Positions 26,345-38,746 of a DNA stretch of 64,000 nt are shown here, one piece after another (the stretch's first letter is position 1; every line of letters starts with the position of its first letter). The stretch spans positions 72,092,065 through 72,156,064 of the forward strand of contig NC_068991.1 of the NCBI RefSeq assembly GCF_001194135.2, written 5' to 3'. Origin of the DNA: Octopus bimaculoides (lineage: Eukaryota). The notes below the pieces were generated by a model, which worked only from the letters and a program-made list of their open reading frames with translations, was not told the DNA's origin and ran no database searches. The position numbers and the translations under genes are program-made.

Positions 26345-26770
26345 AAGTGTGTGAAATAGGGGGCCCTCTGGAAGATCTCTAGGGTAACACTACTCAACAG
26401 GGTGCATAGCTCAGAGATCAGGGAGTCTCTGCAGGTTGAGTCACTACTTCTCCACATTGAGAGGTCAAAGCTCCAGTACTAAGGACATGTGATAGGAACG
26501 TAGCAGGAAAGAATCACAAGACAGATTCTTCAAGCTGAGCCAACCAGCAGGAGACCTAGGAGTAAGGACCAAGAAAGAGATGGTTGGGTAATATCCATCA
26601 TCTCAGTTGGTCACGTTTGGGAATTCAAACACAAAGTCTAATGAAAGAATCACAAACCGAGGCAACCAGCAGGAGACCTAGGCCTAGAGTTAAAGGCCAA
26701 GAATGAGATGGTTGGATAATATCCCTCATCTCAGTTGGTCATGCCTGGGAATCCAACCACAAAGTCTAAT
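26345..26770 (+). mobile_element. Decayed RTE-clade LINE fragment (family B) with duplicated ORF2 C-terminus
   Basis: Manual translation gives KISRVTLLNRVHSSEIRESLQVESLLLHIERSKLQY*GHVIGT*QERITRQILQAEPTSRRPR, then GPRKRWLGNI. A second ~125-bp copy gives RPRMRWLDNI. Confidence 0.8.
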
Positions 26771-27199
26771 GATGGTTGCTTCTGAGAGGATCCTATGGAG
26801 GAGGTGCCTGAGCAATCACATAAAACTCCATTTGGCTTGTATGTTATTATGCAGTACTAAGTGGTGATAAATGACTAAATGGTATATGTTGGATGTACCT
26901 ACCAAATGGAAGTGAATACAAGTGGTTTGAGAATGATGAAACATCAAAGGCGTTGGCTGATGTTCACAGGAAAAGCATCTACATCAGAAGAGCAAGCAAT
27001 TTGATTGAAAGAAGCATGTTCGTTAAATTTATGGAAGTAGGTACTGACGGATTACTCAGGATAATACACATTGATTGATGTTTCCCTGTTCTTTCTCGGT
27101 GCACCACTCGTGCTCTATCTGAGTCTAATGTAGGTTCACACTGCACATTACGAAACAGAATATACTCATTTCAGTACTGAACTCTTGTGTTATAATCTC

Positions 27200-27378
27200 A
27201 AGGATTATCATGAGTATGATGAACTCACACTACTTCTTCACTAAACTTAACTCTAATCTTGCCAATAGAGTTCTTTTACACGGTTTCCACGGCATCTATA
27301 TCTGACATTATCAGCTTAAAAACTAAAGGGCTCTGTCAAAGGCCTTCTCCAGATCAACAAAGGCAACGTAATGCTGTT
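27200..27378 (-). mobile_element. Non-LTR reverse transcriptase fragment
   Basis: Reverse strand at 27326-27375 encodes HYVAFVDLEKAFDRA, the LINE RT motif AFxDLEKAFD. The flanks are decayed. Confidence 0.75.
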
Positions 27379-29299
27379 TGTTCTTAGCTAGAAACATCTT
27401 TAACAGTTGTATCATTAGAACAATAACGAGCATGGTTAATTATTCAATATTTTGTGTTATGTCTTAAGTTAATCAGCCTAATTATATAAAGTTCCCCTTT
27501 ATCAACTTTCATAACGGCATGCAACATGAAACACCCTCAGAATAAAAACAGTTTGTATTTGCAGAACTTTTCAACTCTTAAACTACTTTGACAAACAAAT
27601 ATGAAATACGAAAATACAAAAGAAAAAAAAAAAAGAGAAAAAGAAATTAAGAAACAATGATGATGGTAATTACCACCACCATCATCATCATCATCATCAT
27701 CATCTCATTCCCACACATATTTTAGTTATGACCTCTCCTGTTGGAGATAAGGATGAGTATATTGATCGCTTACATCCAGGGGGTCTTTGATTGATTGCTG
27801 GTGTCTGTGATGCAAATGATGCATGAATGTGGAGCATGAGATTTCTCATTTTCAGCTACTGATATGAGTAGGATGTAAGGAAGAATCAAATGAAGAAATT
27901 CTGCGGAGGCACAGGAGACAAGTCATTGCTTCCAGATGGCTTTCAGTTTTTGCATCTTTATCTTACAAACATCACTATAACGATCGGTTTGTGTACGATG
28001 ACATGGATTGGCAAACTAAATGTCTATTCTCTAAAACCCACAAATTTAATGCAATTGCTAGTGGTGCTTCAGTATGCCAACTTCAATAATCGTAGACTAT
28101 AATACACACCACAGTGTTTAGCTACTGAACAGTAAACTGTGATTAAAGAGGAAAAAGTTTTGTGTGTATTCTAGTATTTACTCTCTTTCGCTCAATGTTT
28201 TTAAATTTAAAAATATGTTTATTTCTACCACAACCAGTTTTATCATGTATACTTATAACAACAGTCCAGTTTTCTGCAGAAACAAGATCTCTTTATGTTA
28301 AGAAAGGAATATAAATTAAAGTGATGTTATCTAGCTGTTTAACCACAACTAACCCACTTAAACAGATCAAAGTCTTCTTTCTATCATCGCATTTCTTTAT
28401 GAAAACAGTTTCTGAAATTATGAGAAACAAATTTAAATATTTGCTGATATGACATAAAAATAAATGATGGAAATATTTTTACAAAGTGAGAAATATATTC
28501 CTGTTTAAGGTTACTAAGTCAATCATAATTGGTTGGCTCACAATCAGTCAGGAAGAATAATCTTTGAGAAATAAGGTCTAAGAGCAGTGTTCAAGCTAAA
28601 AACAAGGAAGTGATATATATGATCGTCATTTTTATGTCCACTTTCCATCAGGCACAGGTTAAATGGTTGTCATAGTTCAAATTACTTTTTCATGGGGCGC
28701 TACAGCTTCCATACAAAGACTGGTGCTTTCATGTCATTTGGCTGTGTTTCTATAGCTGAATACCCATCCTATTGCCAACCACATCACAGAGTGTACTGGA
28801 TGTGTTTCTTTTATGGCACCAACACTAGATAGGTTGAATAAAAAGGGACCTTAAAACTCCTCATTCTCTCTTCCTTTGCCAGCCACTTTACAGAAAGTTT
28901 GTCTCACTCACCAGTCATCCTATAGGATGATTAATGAATAAATATGTTAAAAATCAGTTTAACATACTTATGTAGTGGTAAAATGGTTGGTGTTAGGAAA
29001 GGCATCTAACCAAAGAAACCATGCCAGAACAGACAACTGGAGCTTATAACAGCCCTATGGCTGGTCAGCTCCTGTCAGAACCATTCAGCCCATGCCAGCA
29101 TGGAAATGCTACGTCACGATTATATTACCATGTAAGTATTTTATCTCCATTTTAGTGCTGTTAATTGAGACTAGTTTGTCAAGAGTGTATTGGATATCAT
29201 TAAGACTCCTGTTCCTATTAGGCCATATTTAGCAAAAGATAAGTGGATTAATCCTTTTCAAGCCACCAGTTGTCCAAATTATTGGAACACTAAGTAGAA

Positions 29300-29660
29300 T
29301 GCCTTATGATAGTTGTTCCAATACTCTGTACTCTTAGGTCAACTTTGCATTTTATCTTTCCCAGGGTCAATAAGGAAAGTAGCAGTTCAATGCTAAGATC
29401 ATTTCTTCTTCCAACTCATTCTCCGGAAGATATCAAATGTGTTCAGACCTGGAGAAAGATGGACTGTGCCAGGTTTGAAATACATGAGACATGCTGTATG
29501 TGCTGCAAAGGACTGATGAAGGAAGGAAGGAAAGGAAGGAACAGATAAGACTACATTAAAAAGCAGCATGGAGGGAGTGTAACACATTATCATCTGAATT
29601 TGATCAGTGATAGATGATGACAATAAGCAGTCCATTAATGACCATCCGGTTGAATACAAT
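29300..29660 (-). mobile_element. Highly decayed LINE RT fragment (possibly RTE-BovB-like)
   Basis: Reverse-strand fragments LLFNVVL and FDIFRRMSWKKK..IELLL resemble the PxLFN and FNLRRL..K.K..IRELLFADD region. It is heavily mutated. Confidence 0.4.
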
Positions 29661-32600
29661 AGATATAAATAAAAAAAGTAACAAAGTTCTAAGGTGAAAA
29701 GTGATCATATCCTGTCAAAACATGCTGCAATGCTGAAAGGAATTGTTAATTCAGGTTATTTGAGATGTTGGAAGACCAAATGTGGGAAAGTTTGTCAGAA
29801 GATTCTCTTGACAAACATCCACATATTTTGCTGATGTGAACTGTAACAACTAGGCCAAGTTCTCAAGGCCAAGAGGCCATTAATGTGTGAAATAAAGAAA
29901 GAAAGAACCAATATCTTGTGGCTATGGCTCAGAAGAAACCGATACTAAGGATTACAAAGAAGCCAAAGAAATTGGAGATCATAGAAGAAATTATTTGTGA
30001 TTATAGATGAAGGCATAGCTATGTGAATAAGATGTTTGACTGACAGTCATGTGGTTTTAGGTTCAGTCCAACTGCATGGCATCATGGATGTTTTCTACAA
30101 TAGCCTAAAGCTGATAAAATTTGTTATGAATGAGTTTGGTAGAAGGGAACTTCATGGAAGCCCATAAAGTGAGGGTGTGCATGTGTTCTTTTTTGTTTCT
30201 AACAGCTCAACAAACAATATTAGTTTGCTTATGTCCTAATAACTTAATGGGTCAGTATAACCGGACCCACACACACCAGGATCAATTGATCAACTAAAAA
30301 AACTCTTTGCCTCAAACTTTAACACAAGGCCAGCAACTTTGGAGAGAGGGATTAAATCAGTTACATCAACCCCAGTATTCAACTGGTACTTATTTTATCA
30401 GCATCAACAGGATGGAAGGCAAAGTCAAACTTGGCAGAATTTGAACTCAGAACCTAAAGACGATTGAAATGCTGTTAAGGATTTTGTTCAGCGTGCTAAT
30501 GATTCTGCCAGCTTACCGTCTTAAGAATGAAATATATTAAGATGTTTTATAGTTTTTATTAATTATATTCAGTTTTTGCAAAGACATTATTCAATCTCAG
30601 AAATGAAAACTGATTAAAATAACGGACTTGTACTTCTCTATGAAGTATTAAAAAAAGAAAAGGAAGAAAGAAAGAAAAGGGAAAGTCTTAAAAATAATTT
30701 TTTTGCAATTAGAATAATTATAACTACCATAATGAAAACTAATTTATCCTACTTTATATGATGCCCAACTACAAAATGTTCTTTTGTATTTAGCAATACA
30801 ATTATGAAACTATTTAGAGAAACAAAATTTACAGGGAAGAGAAAAAAAATGTTCAAAACAAATGGAAAAGCTTTTAGACTAAGGCAAAAGTACAAATTGA
30901 CAATCAATTACTACAACAGTAGAGTTTACTTTTGGCAGTGATTGGAAAACAAAATAAATATACAATGTTTCTCCATAATTTGTTGTAAAGCAACCAAGAA
31001 AGTAGATTGTTATATTGTTCGTGTACTAAACCATATTTTAAAAAAATATTTTCAAGCATAAATTATTCTTTTTACACATGGGAGTCGTATTAGGAATGAA
31101 AGATTGCTGCAATCAATTCTATTCCATATTGCACTGTGTAAGAGGTAGATAGACAAAATGGTATCACTTTAACATGCTGTTTACCTTGCCATTTATACTT
31201 ATGTGTGCAACCTAACCCTAACCCAGATCAGGTCATTTCACAGAGCAGACTCCAGGTACTGCAGTAAACTGTATACTAAAGTAGCACCAACAAAATAACT
31301 TTGAACTGCTTTAAAACATACAATTGAGATTTTCTCAAGTCAGAAGAAGAGAGTTTACAGCTGTAACCACTTGTAGTTCCAACTACTCCCTAACTGTGGT
31401 AGCCAATGTCAAATTGGAGATCTAGAGATGTACAATTAGGCAAACAAAGTGTTTAATGTGAGGCACAGTAAAATATGACAAGAGGAGCAGATGAATACAA
31501 GTGTATTCATAGGAGGGTGTAAGTGGCCCTGAGAAAGGGACGTTATGCAGTTTGCAAGTTCAAAACAGTGGAGGCCTTGTTTAGGTGTAGTAAAAGAGAC
31601 AGGGAGAGATATATTATAAACCAGTTTTTGCCAATCAGCTGAATGGCTATTTCTTGGATACAGTCTAGGATATTTATAACTTTGGTGGTTATCTGTAGAG
31701 ATAACCTTAACAATGGTCTAGGATGTTTAAATAGGTGCAGGTATAGGTGTACGGCTAAATTCACTATACACCCACGTTTCAGGGTCTCATCAAACTGCAC
31801 ATTACCTTGGGTGGAGGTATGGGTGCTTGGATAAGTTCACTATACAACCATATTTTTCAGGGTTTGTTCCAACCGTATGACACATTGGTCAATTTTGGGT
31901 TGACCAATACAGTGACTCCACCTGCATCAGTCAAGTTTTCAGCAGACTTTGGTAAAACTTTCTGAGGAAGACTGGCAGTTCCCCACCCCCAGTATACAAA
32001 CCTCTCCTCTCCATGTCACCAATGTTTAACCAGGGGAAAAGTTGCTGACTTGGACTGATACATCTTGGGACCAGAGTCATCACATGTATTGGTTTCAGGG
32101 CACAAAGAACCAGAGCAATTACCACAAAACATCTGGCTCAACCCTGACAGTTCCACCAATCTGATGCCCTCCATTAATCCCAAAAGGATGCTTTATGTCT
32201 GTTTTCCATGCTGGTATTGGTCACAATTGCACTTTCAGATGGGTTGGCAGACCACATTTTGCTTGTAGGTTTCATTTTTGGCTTGGATTGTATGACTGGA
32301 TGCCTTCATAAAGATTTCTCAACACCATTCAACATCAGTCACCTTTCGGCCATATGCATTTTCATAGCAGTTGAAAACAAAGCAATGAGTAGTACAATCA
32401 ATACCTTAATTACATGTGTAATTAACAATTGTATGAGTAATCTACCTTTAAGTGCATGTAATACATTGCCACAACAAATCCAATTACTGAGCAATGTACA
32501 ACAAAGAAGAAGGCACAATGATGCTGCAAATGATTCAACATTATTAATGAGAAGAGGTATTATATTTTTATTATTGAAAAGGGAGGGTGGACAGTTATAT

Positions 32601-32783
32601 TTAACACCAATGAAAAATCCACGTATTTTTGCTAAAAAAAAAAAAAAAAATGGCTTCACAATGAAATATTTTCTGATGTGTCTCATGAAATGAAACTGTG
32701 CTCTTCATGCTTTTGTTTGAGAGACTAAAATTTTATCTTTAATTTTGTACATTACCAAAACGAAAGGCAAAATTAATAACCTC

Positions 32784-32816
<33 letters not shown>

Positions 32817-32953
32817 NNNNNNNNNNNNNNNNNNNNNNNNNNNNNNNNNNNNNNNNNNNNNNNNNNNNNNNNNNNNNNNNNNNNNNNNNNNNNNNNNNNN
32901 NNNNNNNNNNNNNNNNNNNNNNNNNNNNNNNNNNNNNNNNNNNNNNNNNNNNN

Positions 32954-33005
<52 letters not shown>

Positions 33006-33791
33006 TCCAGAACAACAGGGAACTTTAAAATAGCTGTAATAAACAGCATGAAAAAGTGCATTCTCATAGGATTAACAGGTTGGTATTTCCATCCAGAAAA
33101 TACTTTCTTTATGAAGCAGCTAGAAGCTTTAATGTTTGGTCCTCACAAGATGTGTTCAATGAAAATAATGAATTTGAGGCCTCACCAGATGAAAAAATAC
33201 ATAGAGTGCTATGTGAGCTTTTAAAATATTTCAAAAATATTCTAGTATGGTCATCAAAGGAGTCCAGCCTTTGAAACCAAGCTCTGATTTGTTAATGATG
33301 GAAATGAAAAACCAATTCTTTGGAAGTATGGTATAAAACTTATACTATAAGAGTTTCAATAGTCCACTTGACCATGCTTAAACAAAACCACAAAAAACTG
33401 TAGTAAGAACAATCCAACATTGGCTTAATTCTCAAACAAACATTCTTTCAAGCAAATATAATGCAACTGAAAAGAAAAAAATATACCACGATTTATAATT
33501 GTATCTAAAAAAGGTATTCATAGCTTACAACTTAACTGACTTCATGCATTTCATAAGGTCAATGACCCAGAATTTATTATATCTGATTTGATGAATTGCT
33601 TCAATTTTAAAGTGAATTATTTATGGCGACCTACTTCAATTCAAAGAAATAAGTTTGAAATTGCTTTTTTTTAAACTAAACAGATTTTTGGCAACCCTTC
33701 TCTATTTAATAAATTGCTTCAGTTTTAAAAGATTTTCTATTGTTATTTTTACTGAACAAAAATTGATGGCATTTTGAATGACAACAATTTG

Positions 33792-33855
33792 ACTGTCAGC
33801 ATTTAATCTTGTCGGTATTGTCAGCATTTAATCTTGTTGGTACTGTCAGCATTTT
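33792..33855. repeat. 25-bp tandem repeat, 2.5 copies
   Basis: actgtcagcatttaatcttgtcggt / attgtcagcatttaatcttgttggt / actgtcagcatttt. Confidence 0.9.
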
Positions 33856-34253
33856 GCCCACACAAAGAAGTACTGACCCAGAAATGTTAGAAGTATATAT
33901 ATATATATATGCAAGTCACACTCAGTGTATTGTAGTGGATCGGCTACTGAGTAAAAGCTGAACTATTTTCTTGCACTCAAGTGGAAGCCTGATGTTTGGT
34001 ACACAAAACTGCTTATGTTATATATATATGTGACATCACCATCATAGATAAGACATTGTGAGATAGAGAACCTACTTTAAATGTGTGGGCTTTAGTTGGG
34101 TGTTGTCCATGCATAATAAGGGAGTGTAGTGTAACTGTTTTTATGTTAATTTTCTTTTGAAGGAGACCAGATAGCCATTTTTCGGGAATGCTTTCTTTTT
34201 GAGGTCTTTGATCAAAAGAAACGTTTTTTTTACCTGTTGTCAGTGGTGTAAGT

Positions 34254-34504
34254 CAGTGCTACTCAAAGTGGTGGTCTGCGAACCGGCACCGGTCCACGAG
34301 CCATCAGCTGCCTGTATGCGGCAAGTTTCCAGAAAAGAAACATTATAAAATGCTTATGTAATATTGTATTGTTTGTTTACAAAATAAATATAAGATAAAA
34401 AAAAATGTTGACTTTTATCATATTCATTATATATATTGTTTCCGGTATAAATTAATATTACTAAAACTGCCAGTACGCCACATCATGTAGTTTGAGAAGC
34501 ACTT
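34254..34504. mobile_element. hAT/Charlie-like MITE
   Basis: TIRs cagtgctactcaaa and tttgagaagcact. The 8-bp flanks gtgtaagt and gtttaggt match 6/8 with a central TA. Confidence 0.75.
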
Positions 34505-34794
34505 GTTTAGGTTATATGTAGAAGATTAAAAGAGAGTGAAATCTAGTACAAATTATTTAGACATATTTGTACATGGCGTTAGGAATAATGCATTATCAGG
34601 AGTAATTGCAAGAATAGGAGCCGAGGGGACATAACTATGCACAGAAATAGACTGCAATCAATGGAGTGTGTTGGAGAGGGTTTCATTGGTGCATGTTGGA
34701 TTGGAATTATCTGACAATATTATGGAAAAATCTAATTATTTAATTAGTACAAAATATATAAACACTATCTATAATATTACTGCGCATGTCTAAG

Positions 34795-35112
34795 GCAACT
34801 TGGCCATACTGTCCGTCAGCCTCCAGGGGGAGGTCATTCACAAAATGGTCAACCCAGCTCCCTTCCCCTCCCAGGCTGGGGCAATGAGCTGGAGGGCAAC
34901 TGCAAGATGTGGTTGGCAATGGTAAAGGTGGACATGGAAGCACAATTGGTCTCCTATATCTGTGGTCTTTGGTAGTAGAACTGGGAGTGGGTAGCCATTA
35001 CAGCCTTGACTGTGGCCAAAACTGTCACATGGTCAGCATTCATGAGGGACAGGGTGAACTCATTCATAGCCAGCTCAACCCAGCCTGGGTGAATGCCACC
35101 ACAAATACAAAA
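34795..35112 (+). mobile_element. Decayed RTE-clade LINE 3' end (family C)
   Basis: Frameshifted translation gives LGHTVRQPPGEVIHKMVNP...AGGQL-KMWLAMVKVDME...W..NWEWV...WSAFMRDRVNSFIASSTQPG*, a typical RTE C-terminus. It forms a GC-rich island in AT-rich DNA. Confidence 0.78.
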
Positions 35113-35427
35113 AGTTACACTTCAAAAGGAAAAAGTGCAAAAGGTTTTCAGGAGAAAGCAAAAACTATATTTTTAACGCATCTCTTATTTTTCATTAAGA
35201 TAAATGTTCAAATCCATCGTTAGTAAAAAAAAAAAAAAAAAAATTTTTTAAATAATACCACAAAAAAAAAAAAAAGAATCTGTGTGAGGAGTACTAATGT
35301 CTTATTTCTTCTTTTACATAATTACAAAACAATCCAGCTTACTTTTGATATACTGTAAGATTTATATAGTATCTAGCTGGTGCCCTATTGTCCCATGTTT
35401 ATTTTACTTTCATTATTAAATACTTCC

Positions 35428-35600
35428 AAGGTGGCGAGCTGACAGAATCTTTAGTGGCATTCCGACAGTCACTACGTACTGAGTTCAAATTCTGCCAAGG
35501 TCAACTTAGCCTTCCATCCTGTCAGGGTCGATAAAATAAGTACCAGTTGAGCACTGGGGTCAATGTAATCGACTTAATCCCCTCTCCCAAGCTGCCCTTT
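35428..35600 (+). mobile_element. SINE family 2 copy
   Basis: aaggtggcgagctgacagaat, B box gagttcaaattc, then gccttccatcctgtcagggtcgataaaataagtaccag. Confidence 0.8.
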
Positions 35601-37239
35601 CGGCAAGAATTTGAAGTCATTAAATACTTCCATTTCCTAAGGAGATTTTCAAGGAGGAATTTGGAAGGGTTTCCAACTGTAGAAACCAATCTAAATCAGA
35701 CTGGAACCATAAGTTATCTAAATCCTAATTTTTCAATCTAATCAACTGGCCCCCTCCCTCAAAATTTCAAGCCTTGTGTCTAGAGTAGAAAAGAATGTTA
35801 TGAAAATCTATAAATTCATGCATCAAAATGAAATTTATAAAGCATGATGTATCCATGAGTATGTGTGTGTACACACACACACATACATACATATATTATA
35901 TTTGGTATTAATAAAATACAGAAAACATATTTTATGCTTTATAAAACATAAATTTCATTGAATTGCAGCCAGGATCACAATAATTGCTTGTTGAAACATT
36001 ATATAAGCTTGTTAATTCCTCTTCAGTGTTACATACACACATATATATATTTATATTTATATTCTCAAGCAATTATATTTAGTTTAATAAAAACAATGTT
36101 TAATGTTATTTTCAGAGCTGATGATTAATTAGAATAGCAGACAAGAGAAAATATAATCACTTTAATCAATTACAATAACTATATACCATAATGAAAAGTA
36201 ATTTATCTTACTACACTTATCTAGTTGTATTTTACTACTAGTGTATTTTACTATACAAATATTGAAGTATTTGGAGAACTACATAATAAGCAACTTCTGT
36301 GGTAAATAAAAATGTTTTAGTCATTCATAAAGATAAGCAAGTATTTTAAGCTCTGAGCTGTAAGTTCATGTATGAAAGATAAATTTTTATATTTTGTATC
36401 TTAACTGATAAACAAAATTTAAGCTAAAAGAAACAAGAATATTCAATGAAGAATATACAAAATAAATGGTCGGTACATTTTCAAAATATATATTTCAGAA
36501 ATTTTAGATTTGCTGAACATGCAATGTGAACATCAAGTAAAACTGATGTCGGTGAATTAAGAATTCAAAAAAGACAACTATTTGGGATTGATAATGTAAT
36601 AAGATGAACAGTGTTTGGCAAGTGAGAAGGATTGTGAACCTATAATCGAAACAAAGGCATACTGGAAGAAAATTTGGTAATAGCAAGATCTGGTTTGAAT
36701 CAAGTTTAGGGGGAAAAAATAAGTAAAGGATATAGGAGGTTGTTCTGTTGAATTATCAAATCTTATATATATATATATATAAAAAAAAAAAGATATAACT
36801 ATTGATGATAGTAATTAAATTATAAATATGAACTTAATAATATTAATAAAGAATGTTTAAGAGTTTAATGACAGATCAATAGCATGTTGACTGATTGGAA
36901 GACTATGTAATTCTAATTATTTCAGTTCACATCACTAATTAACATTAGAAACAGAGAAATTATAAAAGTCAAAGACTTGAAGTTAAACTAAATTTTAGTA
37001 TTTACTAACTTTTAAATATAGAATTACCAAAAAAAAAAACAAAAAAAAAGTTGCATTGTCATGATTCTTTTAGTTAAAATGTTTGGAAAGAGTGAACCTA
37101 AAGTGCAGGTTACAACACTAATAATTATCTGGGCGTGTCTTTTGGTACTTACACATTCCATCATCACCTACAAAAATAAATGTCTGATTGATAATTAACA
37201 ATGAAATATATTCTTTAAGCAGGTCTTGAATCAATCAAT

Positions 37240-37242
<3 letters not shown>

Positions 37243-37302
<60 letters not shown>
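37243..37302. repeat. (TA)n microsatellite
   Basis: Uninterrupted run of about 60 bp. Many shorter TA, CA and AG arrays occur elsewhere and usually border N gaps. Confidence 0.95.
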
Positions 37303-37306
<4 letters not shown>

Positions 37307-38538
37307 TGCTGTTAAGAGATCTGGAATGATATATCAATATTTTAAATTAAAATGAAGTGTTTCTGTTTGGGTTGCTTTTCATTCCTGAAATCTTTTGGAT
37401 ATATTACCAATATTCTGATGCAGAACAAGTCTCTGAATTAAACCAGAAATTCTTCTAGCCATTTCTCTTTTATCAACTACATCAAACTTCTAACATTTTC
37501 TTTGTGATTTATATACTTACTTATACATACACATAAAAAAAATCACATACATACACACATCAGAACTCCTGTTTATTATCTTCCTTGAGTAAGAGATCTT
37601 TACTGTTGTGAAACGTCATTTAGCTCTTTTACATCTGTTAGCAATTATCTCCCATACTTCTTTATATTCTGATTATACAGTGGCATCTCACTTGGAATCT
37701 CTCATCACATACAAATCGGTTTACAAACAACTTTTGAATATAAAACATCTTGGGTGACAAATGGTGTCTTCAGTAAAAATACAAGCAAGCTAGCAACAAG
37801 CATCAGTTGCTGTCTAGCTAACACATAGTATACATCCCTGTTTGTAATTCACTGTACCTTCTCTTGAATTTCCTACGGAGAAAGATAGTTTCGGTTTATG
37901 AACATTTTGAGTGATGACCAGCTTTCCCGAATTAAATTTGTAAACTGAGGTCCTACATTGATAAACAGCATTTTGTCTCATAATGAAAGACCACAGCCCA
38001 AAACCTTGGACTCTACTCTTTTCTTTTCTTAGAGCTTAAATGAATTACTATGTGCTTCTGCTTGTGTTGCTGTTTGATTCTGAGATTATTTAGATAAAGA
38101 ACAAAGATAGCTTTCATTCTAAAGTAATGAATTTAAAAAAAAAAAAGGACAAGAGATTGACCAACAGAATCTCACTTGTTCATCTGTAAACATACATGGA
38201 TTACAGAAACCTACCTACAAGAAACTATATGCCATGGTAACCGCTGTGCACTATGCATGTTAGAACAAGCAGTAGGGTTACAAACTAGGCTAAAATATGG
38301 CAGTATTTAATCGCCCACAACCAAGCAATAACACCATTTTATTTTCTTCGCCCTCAAGCAAAACATTGCATTCTTCACTCTTCATGACAACTGAACTTAT
38401 CAAACTCATTTATAAAATATGGTCACATACAAATAATCAGTTACTGCTGCAAAGACAAGATTGCTTGAGCAGAGAATAGTAATATAGGGCCACTCGCCAA
38501 CAATAACTGAAGCAAAAATGTTACAAAATATAATTTAC

Positions 38539-38746
38539 CCTTTTCAAGGAAGTCATTCCATTTTCTAGACCACTGTGAAAGCTGCTTTGCATAAGATTTT
38601 TCTATATCACTTCTTGTTTCAATTAACTGCCTTAAACTGTCACAAAGTTTACTGCCATTTTCAATCCGTTTTACACTCCGGTTATATTTTCCTATCTCCC
38701 AGAAACTCTCACTCGCTTGGTTGTTATACTCATCCATAACAGACAT
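38539..38746 (-). CDS. PACSIN: PACSIN/syndapin coding exon 1 (F-BAR/FCH N-terminus)
   Basis: Translates MSVMDEYNNQASESFWEIGKYNRSVKRIENGSKLCDSLRQLIETRSDIEKSYAKQLSQWSRKWNDFLEK-G, matching the PACSIN SFWExGxYxRxVKR motif. A ttctaattttag acceptor precedes base 38765 (19 nt UTR). The donor is G|gtaaat at 38538, phase 1. Confidence 0.96.

Noticed and set aside
26893-27078. 61-aa protein-like ORF (MYLPNGSEYKWFENDE...)
   Set aside because: It lies between LINE remnants and has no identifiable family motif or splice signals.
31209-31224. (CCCTAA)2-3 telomere-like motif
   Set aside because: Too short to distinguish from chance.
32208-32693. 161-aa ORF on + and overlapping 115-aa ORF on -
   Set aside because: No recognisable motif, partly overlaps decayed repeat sequence and a poly(A), and has no convincing splice context.
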